Notes: generated by a model not told the origin, from the letters alone. Numbered from the stretch's first letter, positions 12,661 through 24,095 are shown. The stretch is DNA of 64,000 bases from Octopus vulgaris (GCA_951406725.2 OX597823.1:89776001-89840000), one strand, 5' to 3'. Program-made: numbers and translations.

Positions 12661-13240
12661 AGGAAAATAAATGGTTGTAATTAATAATTTATTTGTATGT
12701 TATAAAAAGATGACATTTTTAATTAAAATAACAGTACAAATAAATTGATTAGAAGTTGAAAGCTCAAAGAAAAATAAATTAAAATTAAAAAAAAGGAAAA
12801 AGAACCTACATATATGTTTCAGTCCTATTATATAGTTGATGGTAATTTCAAAGCATTTGGTTTAATGCTAAGAAAAATTACCACATTCTAACTACATGGT
12901 GGTAGGACTTCTTCAAGGTTAATATAGAGCTCATATACCTTAGGTAATCATTTAAAAGATTAAAAAGAAAAAATGATTACCTAAGTTATATATTAATCCT
13001 GAAGAAGTCCAGCTACCATGTAGTTAGAATATGGTAATTATCTTAGCATTAAACCAAATGCTTTGAAATTACCATCAACTAGATGATAGAACTGAAACAT
13101 ATGTAGGTCCTTTTTTCTTTTTTTTATTTTAATTTATTTTTCTTTGAGCTCTCAACTTATAATCAATTTATTTGTACTGTTATTTTTTTTAAATGTCAGC
13201 TTTTTGTAACATATAAATAATTACATACATTTATTCTCCA
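12661..13240. repeat. Foldback element (~280-bp arms) with a hammerhead-like motif in each arm
   Basis: Arms ~12661-12952 and ~12971-13240 are reverse complements; CTGAAGA...GAAAcatatgTA at 12999-13105(+) mirrored at 12803-12920(-). Confidence 0.8.
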
Positions 13241-13278
13241 TTTTTCCCTATATATATATATATAGAAAGAGAGAGAGA

Positions 13279-13328
<50 letters not shown>

Positions 13329-13339
13329 AGCATATACAC

Positions 13340-13463
13340 ACAGGGCTGGGCAAAAGTAGGTATACAGTTGTTTAATATAAGTGAAATTCTTATTCTAAAA
13401 AAAGAAATATAAAAATGTAAAGAACATTCCACTTATATTAAGCAACTTTTACCCACCCATGTA
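13340..13463. mobile_element. Tiny Tc1/mariner-type MITE; related terminus at ~30934-30965
   Basis: cagggctgggcaaaagtagg versus reverse complement of gcaacttttacccacccatgta. Confidence 0.4.
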
Positions 13464-14039
13464 CAGACAGACACACACACACACACACACACAACCATTG
13501 CATATAATAATTAGTTGGTTTGTTTGATTGACATAGCAAGAGGCTGTCAAATGACAGAAAGTGTGTGAGAGAGAGCGACAGTAGGAGACAGGCGTTTTTA
13601 CTCCCATTTTAGTTCTTATACAATATATTGTAAGATATATAAAGACTATCACATGATGTATTGTATTGCAACCAAAAGGAAACAACAATTAATTAATTAA
13701 CAACTGGGTAATAAATATATATTACACACATAATTGTGGTAATAATAATAATAATAATGGTTTCAAATTTTGACACAAAGTCAGCACTTTCATAAGTTGG
13801 TTGCATTGGCCCCAGTGCATGACTGGTACTTTTCTTATCAGCTCCAGAAGGATGAAAGGCAAAGTTGACCTCAGCATTATTTGAACTTGGAATGTAAAAA
13901 TAGATGAAAAGCCACTAAGCATTTTGTCCGGTGTGCTAATGACTCTGCCAGTTAGCCACCATCATAATAATGATGATAATAACTGTTTCTGATTTAAGGA
14001 TGACGCCAGCAGTTTTGAGGGAAGGGGTTTGTCTAACAA

Positions 14040-14150
14040 CTAGCAGTATCGCCCGGCGTTGCTCAGGTTTGTAAGGGAAATAACTATAAAGCATTTTTAG
14101 AGAGTTATAGCCAAAAAATAGCAAAAAAATGGAAAAAAAATGATGTCAAG
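14040..14150 (-). mobile_element. Helitron 3'-end fragment, same family as 23266-23571
   Basis: Reverse complement of acaaacctgagcaacgccgggcgatactgCTAG. Confidence 0.6.
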
Positions 14151-14594
14151 TTTAGATGCTGCTATGTCATATTATTCAAACAGTTTATGATATGAGATTC
14201 TATCTGCATGAGGAACAATAGGTAAGGTTAGTGGTAATGTATTTACTAAAGGTAATACCAAATGTATAACACTGAATATTTACTTGTTCATCAGTTGCTT
14301 TAACAAGCATGAGAAGGTTATTCTCTACTAAGGAGATCAGAGTAAAAGTGAAACATGTCTGGTATTACCCCACATACTTGTCAGAAAAATAAAAATTAGT
14401 CATTAATCAGTATTTTTTTTTTTACTTACCATATATTTATTTCTAGTAAATTTTAAAATTCCTCTTGCATCGAATATATTAACACCCTATATACTTTTTG
14501 TTTGAGATATTATTTAAGGTTTGAACTAAAAGAAGATAAATTACAATAATTATTGTAATTTATATTATTGTTATACAATCTGCATTTTATATAC

Positions 14595-14747
14595 CTGTAA
14601 AAACTTTAGTCTGCTCAGGAAATCTGTAATGTAACTTCCCAAAGGTTTCAGCGATGGATATGACTTGTTCATCCACATGCCTGGGATTTTCCCTTTGAGA
14701 ATATTCACAACAACAGCCTCCAAGTCACTTGACATCACTACTAAGCC
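14595..14747 (-). CDS. DNAH7: Dynein heavy chain exon 21
   Basis: [51 protein letters not shown]; AG/GT, phase 0-0. Confidence 0.94.
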
Positions 14748-14887
14748 CTAAAGAAATATAAGAGGAATTAATGAAGCATTTAGGTCATAGCACAATTTTA
14801 AACTTTAAAACTTTTTAAGACGCTATTGTCTTATGATGAAAGTAAAGAAACAAAGTTTGCTTTAGAAGCATTGAGATTTATTGAAAG

Positions 14888-14969
14888 ATAAGAAAATAAT
14901 TTTATTTTCAAATGCAGGATAATGCTAATTAGCATTTTCCTGCATTTGAGAATAAAATTATTTCCTTAT
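14888..14969. repeat. 82-bp near-perfect palindrome
   Basis: ataagaaaataattttattttcaaatgcaggataatgct-aatt-agcattttcctgcatttgagaataaaattatttccttat. Confidence 0.8.
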
Positions 14970-17249
14970 ATTTAAAACTTCTAAAATATTTCTGTTGAAT
15001 TACACAGCCTTTGGTTCAATTAATTTTGAAAACAACGAAGAGTTTAATGAAATAACTTGGTCCTTATTGACTTGGTGTTTCAAACAAGAATTGTTGCTGA
15101 TTTTGGTACAAGGCCAGCAATTTTAGGGTTAGGGATCAGTGAATTTCATCGACCCCAGTGATCAACAAGTACATATTTTATTAACCCCAAAAGGATGAAA
15201 GGCAAAGTCAACTTCAGCAGAATTTGATCTCAAGTTGTAGAGAGTTGGAAGAAATGCTACTAAATATTTTGTCTGATGCAATAATGATGCTACGTTCCTC
15301 ATTTAGACCATATTAAAACATGCAACTAGTATCAAGGAACCAGAGGCAGGCTCAAGCAGGTTGGAATCAAGAGGATTACAATTTAATGTGATTGTATTTA
15401 TGATCTCTCACCATAACTTTATGCATGAGCATTTTTATAAAGTTCCAAACACTAATTTTATAATATAAAAAGCCAGTTATTTCAGTAAATTCATCCAAAT
15501 TTTTTATTTTTTTCAAAATTAATCAAAACGTACAGGCAGTGTATTGCATAAGAAGTAAGGTCACAAAAGGAACAGAGCAGCCAGCACAGTGAAGACAAGA
15601 CAGAAAAGATTTCAATATATATCAAATAGCAATGATTAAAGTGATTGACTCCTGATATAAAAGAAGAGAAATCAAAGAATAACAGCTACTTAGAATCTTC
15701 ATCCTTGCCACCACTGCTATTGTCATCATCACCATTTTAACAACCATTTTTCCATTCATACATGGATTAGATGAGTTCTTTCCTATATTTATAGTGTTCC
15801 TTTGTCATCTATTTTATGAGGTTCAACTTCTAGAGACAGACCAGTCTTTGCCACATCTGTCCATGTTCTCTTTGGTCTTCCTCTTCTGTTGGATCTTTCT
15901 ACACGAATCTTGTGGTACTTCAATGCATATTACATAGCCAGCCAGTATAGCTGTCACTCTTGATTACTATAATCAATTCCTCTTATAACCTGCTTTTCTC
16001 TCAGCTCATCTATTCCTTGAGTAAGCATTTGAATATAATAACTGTACTCATCATCATCATCATTTAACATCCACTTTCCATGCTAGCATGGGTTGGACAG
16101 TATGACTGAGGGCTGGCGAACCAGATGGCTGCACCAGGCTCCAATCTTGATCTGGCAGAGTTTCTACTGCTGGATGCCCTTCCTAACACCAACCACTTCG
16201 AGAGTGTAGTGGGTGCTTTTACATGCCACTGGCACAGGGGCCAGTCAGACGGTACTGGCAATGACCTCGCTCAAATGTTTTTACACGTGCTGCCGGCACA
16301 AGTGCCAGTGAGGCGACGCTGGTAATGATCATGCTCGAATGGTGCCTTTTACATGCCACCAGCACAGAAGCCAGTTAGCCGCTCTGGCAATGATCATGCT
16401 CGGATGGTGCTCTTAGCACCCTACTAGCACGGGGCTCAAGTGCCAGTAAGGCGACGCTGGTAATGATCACACTCAAATGGTGCCTTTTATGTGCTACTGG
16501 CACGGAAGCCAGTTAGCCGCTCTGTCAACGATCACACTCGTATGGTGCTCTTCGCACCCCACTAGCACAGATGCCAGTCAGCGAATTTGATTGTGAAAAT
16601 TAAGAGTAAGAGCATTCTAATATGTTAGAGTACAGAAGGGCAATGCTCCGACAGTATATCTTCAGCCACATAATTTTGGGTTCAGTCCCACAGTATGAGA
16701 CCTTGGGCAAGTGTCTTCTACTATAGTCTTGGAGCAAACAAAGCCTTGTGAGTGGGCTTGGTAAATGTGAACTGAAAGAAGCTCATCATGTGTGTGTGTG
16801 TATGTACACACTTATACATGTGTGTCTCCTTGTCTTGACATCACATGACTGTAAGCAAGATTTATCATCATATAAGCAGGACCATTTGTTTCCAATCTAC
16901 CATGAAAAAATGTCCAGTGAAGGGGAACTGCTACCTTACATGCAAACAAGTGAGAGTTGGCAGCAGGAAACGCATCCAGCTGTAGAAAATCTGCCTCAAC
17001 AAATTTCAGCCAACCCATGCAAGCATGGAAAGGGTACATTAAAACAGTGATGATAAGCTCTTTGAGCAACAGAACTACGATCATTGACTTAGTGTAAATG
17101 GCTGAGTATTCCACAAACAATTGTACTTTTAATGTAATCCTGAAGTAGAATCAGTGAGACATTAGGTGAAGCAGTGTATGACACAGGATGAGTCAAGACT
17201 TAGTTTCTGAACAATTGGTACAGTTTATTAGACAGGTGGTGCTGCTGGT

Positions 17250-17905
17250 GATGATGATGAAAGCAACAATGATGACGGCAACAATGACAATGATGATAAT
17301 GATGACAAGAACAATGTGACAATGACAATGATGATAATGATGACAAGAACAATGACGACAACAATGACAATGATGATGACGATGACAACAACAACAATGA
17401 TGATGATGATGATGATGATGATGACAACAACAATGATGACAATGAGGATGATGATGACAATGATGACAACGATGATGACAATGATGATGATGATGACAAC
17501 AACAACGATGATGACAATGATGATGATGATGACAACAACAACAATGATGACAATGATGATGATGACAACAACAACAATGATGACAATGATGATGATGACA
17601 ACAACAACAATGATGACAATGAGGATGATGATGACAATGACAGCAACAACGATGATGACAATGATGAAGATAACAACAACAACAATGATGACAATGAGGA
17701 TGATGATGACAATGATGACAACGATGATGACAATGATGATGATGATGACAACAACAACGATGATGACAATGATGATGATGATGACAACAACAACAATGAT
17801 GATGATGATGATGACGACAACAACAATGATGACAATGATGATGATGACAACAACAACAATGATGACAATGAGGATGATGATGACAATGACAGCAACAACG
17901 ATGAT
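17250..17905. repeat. Compound (GAT/GAC/AAC/AAT)n array with ~250-bp higher-order duplication
   Basis: Marker atgagg at 17442/17694 and 17619/17868 (spacing 252 and 249 bp). Confidence 0.9.
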
Positions 17906-17917
17906 GTTGAACCTCAC

Positions 17918-18082
17918 CATCTCCTGTACCAACACAGTATTCATGCTTTGCTTGTATGAAGTTGGGTATTTGAAATTAGCCTCGTTAATATCAAAATCAT
18001 CAGGAAGCTTGTTGATGATGTCTGTTGCAACTTCATCCACAACGTCGTCTGTTGTTTTCCCAGTACTTGAGGTAGATTTTGC
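17918..18082 (-). CDS. DNAH7: Dynein heavy chain exon 20; 3' boundary uncertain
   Basis: AKSTSSTGKTTDDVVDEVATDIINKLPDDFD...KYPTSYKQSMNTVLVQEM; homology continues as VRFN to 17906, then the repeat array; candidate donor ATG|GTGAGG at 17917. Confidence 0.8.
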
Positions 18083-18565
18083 CTGAAACAAAGACGTAGA
18101 GCGGGATTGCAAACATTGTCACTCTCACTTGATCTTGGGACTGTGGGTTTGGATGTATGTTCCTTGATAATGAGTTGAAAAAATAAATCTTTTGATTTAA
18201 ATCAATGAGAAAGAAGTTTTTATACAATGGTATGAGGGGAACCTCTACATAGTCATTCAACCTGCTAGAAATAGTTGCCTAATATCCCTCAAAGTATTTC
18301 TCATTGTTTTGAAAGGGAATGTAGTCCAAGTTGCTTGATGCATGAAAAGACAAAATGCTCCTGGATGGAACACCTTTTGATCATAAGTGTATTCAGTCAA
18401 GGCACGCCTGGGGCTAAAAGACAGAACATGTAAAAATACAAAGCATATAGGAAACATATTCATGGTTACTTAACCATGCTTGTATGAAGCTATCCATCAA
18501 ATTTTATCTTGATGTTTTATAATCAAATTTTCACATTTTATATATACATATACATATATATATAT

Positions 18566-18960
18566 AAAATTCAATTGCCATTAATTGTGACTGATGATGC
18601 AGAGTAGTACCTACATTACTAGAAACAAGAGTTTAAAATCCCGTAGCTGCAAGGAAGCACAATTCCATACACTGATAAGGGAGATAACTGCCCCACAATG
18701 AGCTAGATCACCATACTAGTCTAGTTTCACTTAAAATTAATGCTCATCAGTAGTGACCATTGCTGGTTTGGCTAAATCTCAGCTGTCAGTATATAGTAAT
18801 TGCCACATGAATCAGTGGCTGATTCAGCAAAATGGTAAAGTGAAAATTATAAAATAACAAAGGTTTCTTTATGCAATATAAAACTGAAAAGGAAAAATTC
18901 AGTTGTCACTAATTGTGACTGATGGTGCAGGGTAGTACCTACATTGTTAGAATTAAGAGC
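18566..18960 (-). mobile_element. Retrozyme/Penelope pseudo-LTR-like unit, 328-nt period with ~67-nt terminal direct repeat, inserted in (TA)n
   Basis: aaaattca.ttg.ca.taattgtgactgatg.tgcag.gtagtacctacatt at 18566 and ~18894; (TA)n on both sides; contains HHR. Confidence 0.7.
18707..18757 (-). ncRNA. Type-I hammerhead ribozyme, intact core
   Basis: gtcacta-CTGATGA-GCattaattttaaGT-GAAA-ctagactag-TA-tggtgat: 7-bp stem I (two G-U), stem II, 4-5-bp stem III, GUA cleavage triplet. Confidence 0.8.
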
Positions 18961-19179
18961 TATATATATATATATATATATAATAGAAATATGTTACAAA
19001 AAGAAAATAGAAGCTAGACGTGGAAATATAAGGGGAAAGTAAGAAGGAAAATAAGTGAAAATGCACATTGGAAATTAAAAAAAGTAAAGGCTTTTTATGA
19101 AAAGTAAGGATAGATATATACAATTAGATGAACTGAGGTAGGAATAAAAGTAATAAAAGTCATTATTGTGTTAAAGAGA

Positions 19180-19224
19180 TTCAAAAGCATACCGGTTTCG
19201 TAAATTACTAATCATTGGTTTGAA
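19180..19224 (-). ncRNA. Degenerate minimal hammerhead
   Basis: ttcaaacca-aTGATtA-GTAattTAC-GAAA-ccgg-TA-tgcttttgaa; two core substitutions. Confidence 0.5.
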
Positions 19225-21174
19225 TGCACACCGATGTATGTATATATATATATAATTCACTAATAATATATATATATATATATATATACACACAAACACA
19301 CACACACACACACAGATAGAACAGATAGATGGATACATAGATACATCTATATAATGATGACTACTGTACTTCATCAACTGGCATTTAGATATTTATATAT
19401 AAATACACATGTACATATATATCTAGATATCTATACACACATACATTCACATACATATACAAGTACACATATGATTAAATATACCATATAAAAAGAAAAC
19501 AATATTTCTGCTCATAAAACAGAATTCAAGTTAAAAAAGAACAAAAAATAGTTGAGTGATTGTTTAAGAAACTGTTAGTGAAAAATGTAAATAAAATTAT
19601 TTGGAAATCCAGTGAAATATATTAAATATTGTCAAAACTGATTAGAATTATTATTATATATATATTTAATGGTTATTCTGTGCAATGTCTGTAACAAAGC
19701 TTAGCTTTACTTCTGACAAGCAAGCGGACAGAGATAGTGAATTAGAGAGTGAGAAAAGTGATTTATAGAATGATTAATTAAAATGATTTATGGGGTTTAA
19801 TTAAGGATGCTAGTGGTAATTTGTATTAGCAAGAATCAATTTGTCATAGATTAGAAAACAAAATAAGTCATGTTAGTTCTGGAAAGAAATACCAAACATT
19901 TTCAGGCAAAGCCATTCACTGAAGAATTTTTAGTTGTTGTTATTCGAGATAAGTTTGTTTTCTAATGCTTACCCGTTTCTGTGGAGAGGAAGCCATGGGC
20001 ATTGAATTTCAGATCAGGAGGTTTACAGTAAATTAAATTAGCAGAAGAATAAATAACAAGAAGTCACACAAGTTAGCAAATAATGTATCAATATATATCT
20101 ATTAAAGTGAAAAATAATGCAGCATAAAAAGACACAATCAAGCTACGTTTCAATGGCGTGCCCAAAACTCAAGCCAAGGAGAAATGCTTTGGAAAATATT
20201 AATGTATGGTGTAAGGTAACAACTGGCAATATGAGAGTAGTTTGGAAAAATATAGCTCCTCACTGGACATGTAATTTTGGTTGATTCCAGTCCGAATCCA
20301 TCTGACTTATTTGTACAGTGAACCATAGCAGGAATTATTCAACTTGGTTAGAATTACATAAATAAAACTAATTGTGTCACAAACATTCAGTGGACCGGGT
20401 CATTGGGCTGAGGGTAAGTTTCTTCTTTTCCACCAGTATCAGGGGCTCTAAAAATAGTAAAAGGTGCTACCTTCCTTTCTCTTCACACAACCACACTCTC
20501 CCAAGAAAGAAAGAAAGAAAGAAAATTATAGAAAAAGTGAAAGAAAGATAAATGGATGGATGGATGGATGGATGAGTGGATAGATGGAGAAAGAGGGGTG
20601 AGAAAAGAAAGAAAGAAGGAAGGAAGGATGGAAAGAAAGAAAGAAAGAGAGAAAGAAATCTTCTCTAAGCTAGAACACTGTCATGGCTAGCAACACAGCA
20701 CAGTGATGGCAAACGAAGCAATAGCCAATAGTTTTTGGGGAGTCCATTTCTCTATTAACTTAACCAAGTCTAATTTTCATGTTTGCCAGACAATTATAAG
20801 CATTTATTTATTTATTTGTTTGTTTTCTTGTTTGTTTGTATACTTATTTATTTTGCTTTCACACAGAGATAATCAGTTTCATCTTCATAATGGAAATCTC
20901 TGTCTCTCTCTCTATATATATCACTTACAAGAAAGGGAGGCTTCTCTGTAGTTGTATGACATGCTAGAAATAGAAGTCAAACTTTCTTCTACAACCCCTA
21001 AAGAACAAGAACAATGGATAATGCAGTTCTACAAACACCAAAACTGAATAAAAGATGGAATGTTCAAAGCTTTTGGTTATAGTTTTGCTCAATCAGGGCT
21101 CCTTGAGGGGTAAACAAAAACAGTAGCAGCAGACAAGAACTGACCAATGCTAAGGGCTTGAACTGATAACCTAC

Positions 21175-21312
21175 CTGAGTCAAAAGGATGTTATCAAACA
21201 ACAACTGTGTTTCTGTTCGATCTTTTGTAATGTCAGCATTTGCATTCATTCCAAAGATTTCAGGTGTCGGGTTCAGAGGTAGGTCTTTTGTGTAAGAAAT
21301 GTAGCTTTCATA
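21175..21312 (-). CDS. DNAH7: Dynein heavy chain exon 19 (AAA6 lid)
   Basis: [46 protein letters not shown]; AG/GT. Confidence 0.94.
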
Positions 21313-21374
21313 CTAAGAAAATAAAAATATTTGGAATCATCGTTTAGCGTCCGCTTTCCATGCTAGCATGGGTT

Positions 21375-21409
<35 letters not shown>

Positions 21410-21512
21410 GGAGTAAACACATAAATGTGAAACAAGGTGGAAAAAAGAGTACTCAAATACCAGTGGTAGAGTAATATGCTTTATTTAAAAGCAGCAGAAA
21501 ATTCAACAAAAC

Positions 21513-21550
21513 CTGTTACTCTGAGTTTCACGTTCCCGTTCGTCAGATAG
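21513..21550 (-). ncRNA. Minimal type-I hammerhead, left arm of foldback 21479-21648
   Basis: ctat-CTGACGA-ACGggaaCGT-GAAA-ctcagag-TA-acag; canonical core, GNRA-capped stem II, one stem I mismatch. Confidence 0.75.
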
Positions 21551-21576
21551 TTTTTGCTAGTTTTTTCTAGCAAAAA

Positions 21577-21614
21577 CTGTCCGACGAACGGGAATGTGAA
21601 ACTCAGAGTAACAG
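21577..21614 (+). ncRNA. Minimal type-I hammerhead (U4C variant), right arm of foldback
   Basis: ctgt-CCGACGA-ACGggaaTGT-GAAA-ctcagag-TA-acag; perfect 4-bp stem I. Confidence 0.7.
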
Positions 21615-22892
21615 GTTTTGTTGAATTTTCTGCTGCTTTTAAATAAAGTATATATATATATATATATATATATAAACACAAATGGGTTAAGGTTCACTAT
21701 AGTTGTTTCAGACACATTTTATATTGATGAATAAATTCAGTTATGTACGTAGGCACTAGCATAGCTAGAGTGTGCCACACCCAGACCCCACAAAAAACAC
21801 ATTACCTACAGCAATAGCCTAAAACAGGATGAAATGTGCTGCCCAGGGCAAGCCAGCAATTTGGGGGGAGGAGGTAAATTGATTACATTGACCCCAGTGA
21901 TTAACTGGTATTTATTTTATTGACTCTGAAAGGCAGAGTTGACCTTGGCAGACAGAACATAACAACAGTTGAAATGCTGCAAAGCATTTTGCTTGGCATG
22001 CCAGTGCACCACCTTAATTAAATAATTGATATTCTTTTCTACTCTAGGCACAAGGCCCAAAATTTTCGGGAGGGAAGGCAGTCGATTAGATCAACCCCAA
22101 TATGCACCTGGTACTTAATTTATCGATCATGAAAGGATGAAAGACAAAGACAACCTTGGCAGAATTTGAACTGAGAACGTAAAGACAGACAAAATTCCAC
22201 AAAGCATTTCGCCCGGTGTGCTAACGATCCTGCCAGCTCACTGCCTTTAAGTAATTAATATTGCTAACATGTGATGTGTCCTGGTGGCCAGCTATTGTAA
22301 AGGAGATTCTAAATAAATCTTGGCAGGCTTACAAGTTTGGATTTCAAATCAAAGAATAAGGAATAAAATACATAGAATATGCATATCTCTTTTACTCTTT
22401 TACTTGTTTCAGTCATTTGACTGCAGCCATACTGGAGCATCGCCTTTAGTCGAGCAATGCTAGAGGGACAAACACAGACACACAAACATATACACACACA
22501 TACATACATATATATACATATATACGACAGGCTTCTTTCAGTTTCCGTCTACCAAATCCACTCACAAGGCATTGGTCAGCCCGGGGCTATAGCAGAAGAC
22601 ACTTGCCCAAGTTGCCATGCAGTGGGACTGAACCCGGAACCATGTGGTTGGTTAGCAAGTTACTTACCACACAGCCACTCCTGCGCCTATTAATAGTTTT
22701 TTCTTTTAGCTTACTCATTACAAACATTTTAAAATTTCTAGTCATAGCTATTCATGTATTGTGCCATAATTTCATTTCATAATTTAAAAACTTCAATAAA
22801 AAGGATTGTAAATCAATAATAAAAAATAAAACAGTTGAAACACAAAGGAATCTCATTAACAAAAAATGCAATTAAATAACGGAATTCCTTAC

Positions 22893-23081
22893 TTCACCCT
22901 CCTCAGGAGCTTTGTATATGTGACCAAGTTCATCAAAATAATATTCCTCGTTGTATATTATATCTGGGCAGTAAAATTTTCGGAGCAAGGTCAGCAGAGT
23001 TCTGCGATCCCATTCATCAGTGACACGTCCACCGTAGTTACATTCACCAGTCAGATAGAGCAATGCTTCATATTGAACGTC
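22893..23081 (-). CDS. DNAH7: Dynein heavy chain exon 18
   Basis: DVQYEALLYLTGECNYGGRVTDEWDRRTL...PEEGE; AG/GT. Confidence 0.95.
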
Positions 23082-23221
23082 CTGAATACAAGAAATATAT
23101 GGAATCATGTAAATAAGCATCAAACCATATGACAAATGGCCATTTCACATCACTCCATCAGTATGTACATGTGTGTGTGTGTTTATATCATCATCATTTG
23201 GAAGGCAACCATGCAAACTGT

Positions 23222-23265
<44 letters not shown>

Positions 23266-23268
<3 letters not shown>

Positions 23269-23571
23269 TTATATATAAAATTGAAGTTGTGTGTGTGAGA
23301 CTCAGTCTCCTCCGATTTAGATTCCTAACCACTCCCACATTTGCGGTGCAGTTTAACCAAAAGCAGGTATCTTATAGTCGTCATTCATATCAAGCCCTTC
23401 TGGGTATTAGCGCGCGTCTACGATGAGTCTACGATTTAAAAAAAAATTTACCATCATTTTTCCGCATTTTTAATGATTTTTGCTTGGGTTATATAAGGGA
23501 AGTAATTCTCTAAAAATGCTTATATAGTTGTTTCCCTTACAAACCTGAGCAACACCGGGCGATACTGCTAG
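23266..23571 (+). mobile_element. Non-autonomous Helitron
   Basis: A|TC 5' end, GC-rich subterminal hairpin-like cctgagcaacaccgggc, CTAG|T 3' end, no TSD. Confidence 0.7.
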
Positions 23572-24043
23572 TATATATATATAGGGGTCGTTTATAAAGC
23601 TTGAAACACGTGTACCGAGATATCCTTTGTGTTCTGTTTTTGATTTGAATTTATATATATATGTATATATACTGAGGGAGATATATATATATATATACAG
23701 ATAGACAGATATAGATAAATATATATAAACAGACAACTATGCATAGACAGACAGACAGACAGACAGATAAGTTAGTTTTTTATGTTCAGTTCAGTGATGA
23801 CTTAGCTGGCCAAAACTTCAAAGTCACTGTCAATGATATTCTTGTCAAATGTATATATATATATATATATAGTCTTGGTTGGATTTTACTCATAAGGTAT
23901 TGGAATCGAATCTTACATATATATCATTCTGCCTAAAAAATGGACCTACAAGTTCAATATCCCTACATATCTCACATCTATTATCTTTTCTCCTTCTCAT
24001 TCTCTATTTTGTATCCTATCTAAATTAACCATCCTCTCACACA

Positions 24044-24095
24044 GTCTCTGATGAAGGGATATAATTAATAAATATCCTGGAAACAGCTGTAAGAC
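24044..24095 (+). ncRNA. Penelope-type minimal type-I hammerhead with palindromic stem III
   Basis: gtct-CTGATGA-aGGGATATaattaataaATATCCTg-GAAA-cagctg-TA-agac; inside a ~290-bp element flanked by (TA)n. Confidence 0.8.

Noticed and set aside
17200-17232. NKLYQLFRN as the displaced continuation of the broken dynein exon
   Set aside because: Partial resemblance to NKLLxxIRD, but it is in another frame, followed by a stop, and has no KAIK or donor; probably chance
17200-18086. Long poly-S/L and poly-M/T ORFs as separate genes
   Set aside because: Stop-free frames of a trinucleotide array with no domain content
19960-20420. Isolated strong donors suggesting nested or alternative exons
   Set aside because: No supporting reading frame or homology; the dynein frame is complete across this intron
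23603-23614. GAAAcacgtgTA as a complete ribozyme
   Set aside because: Only the 3' half is present; no upstream CUGANGA
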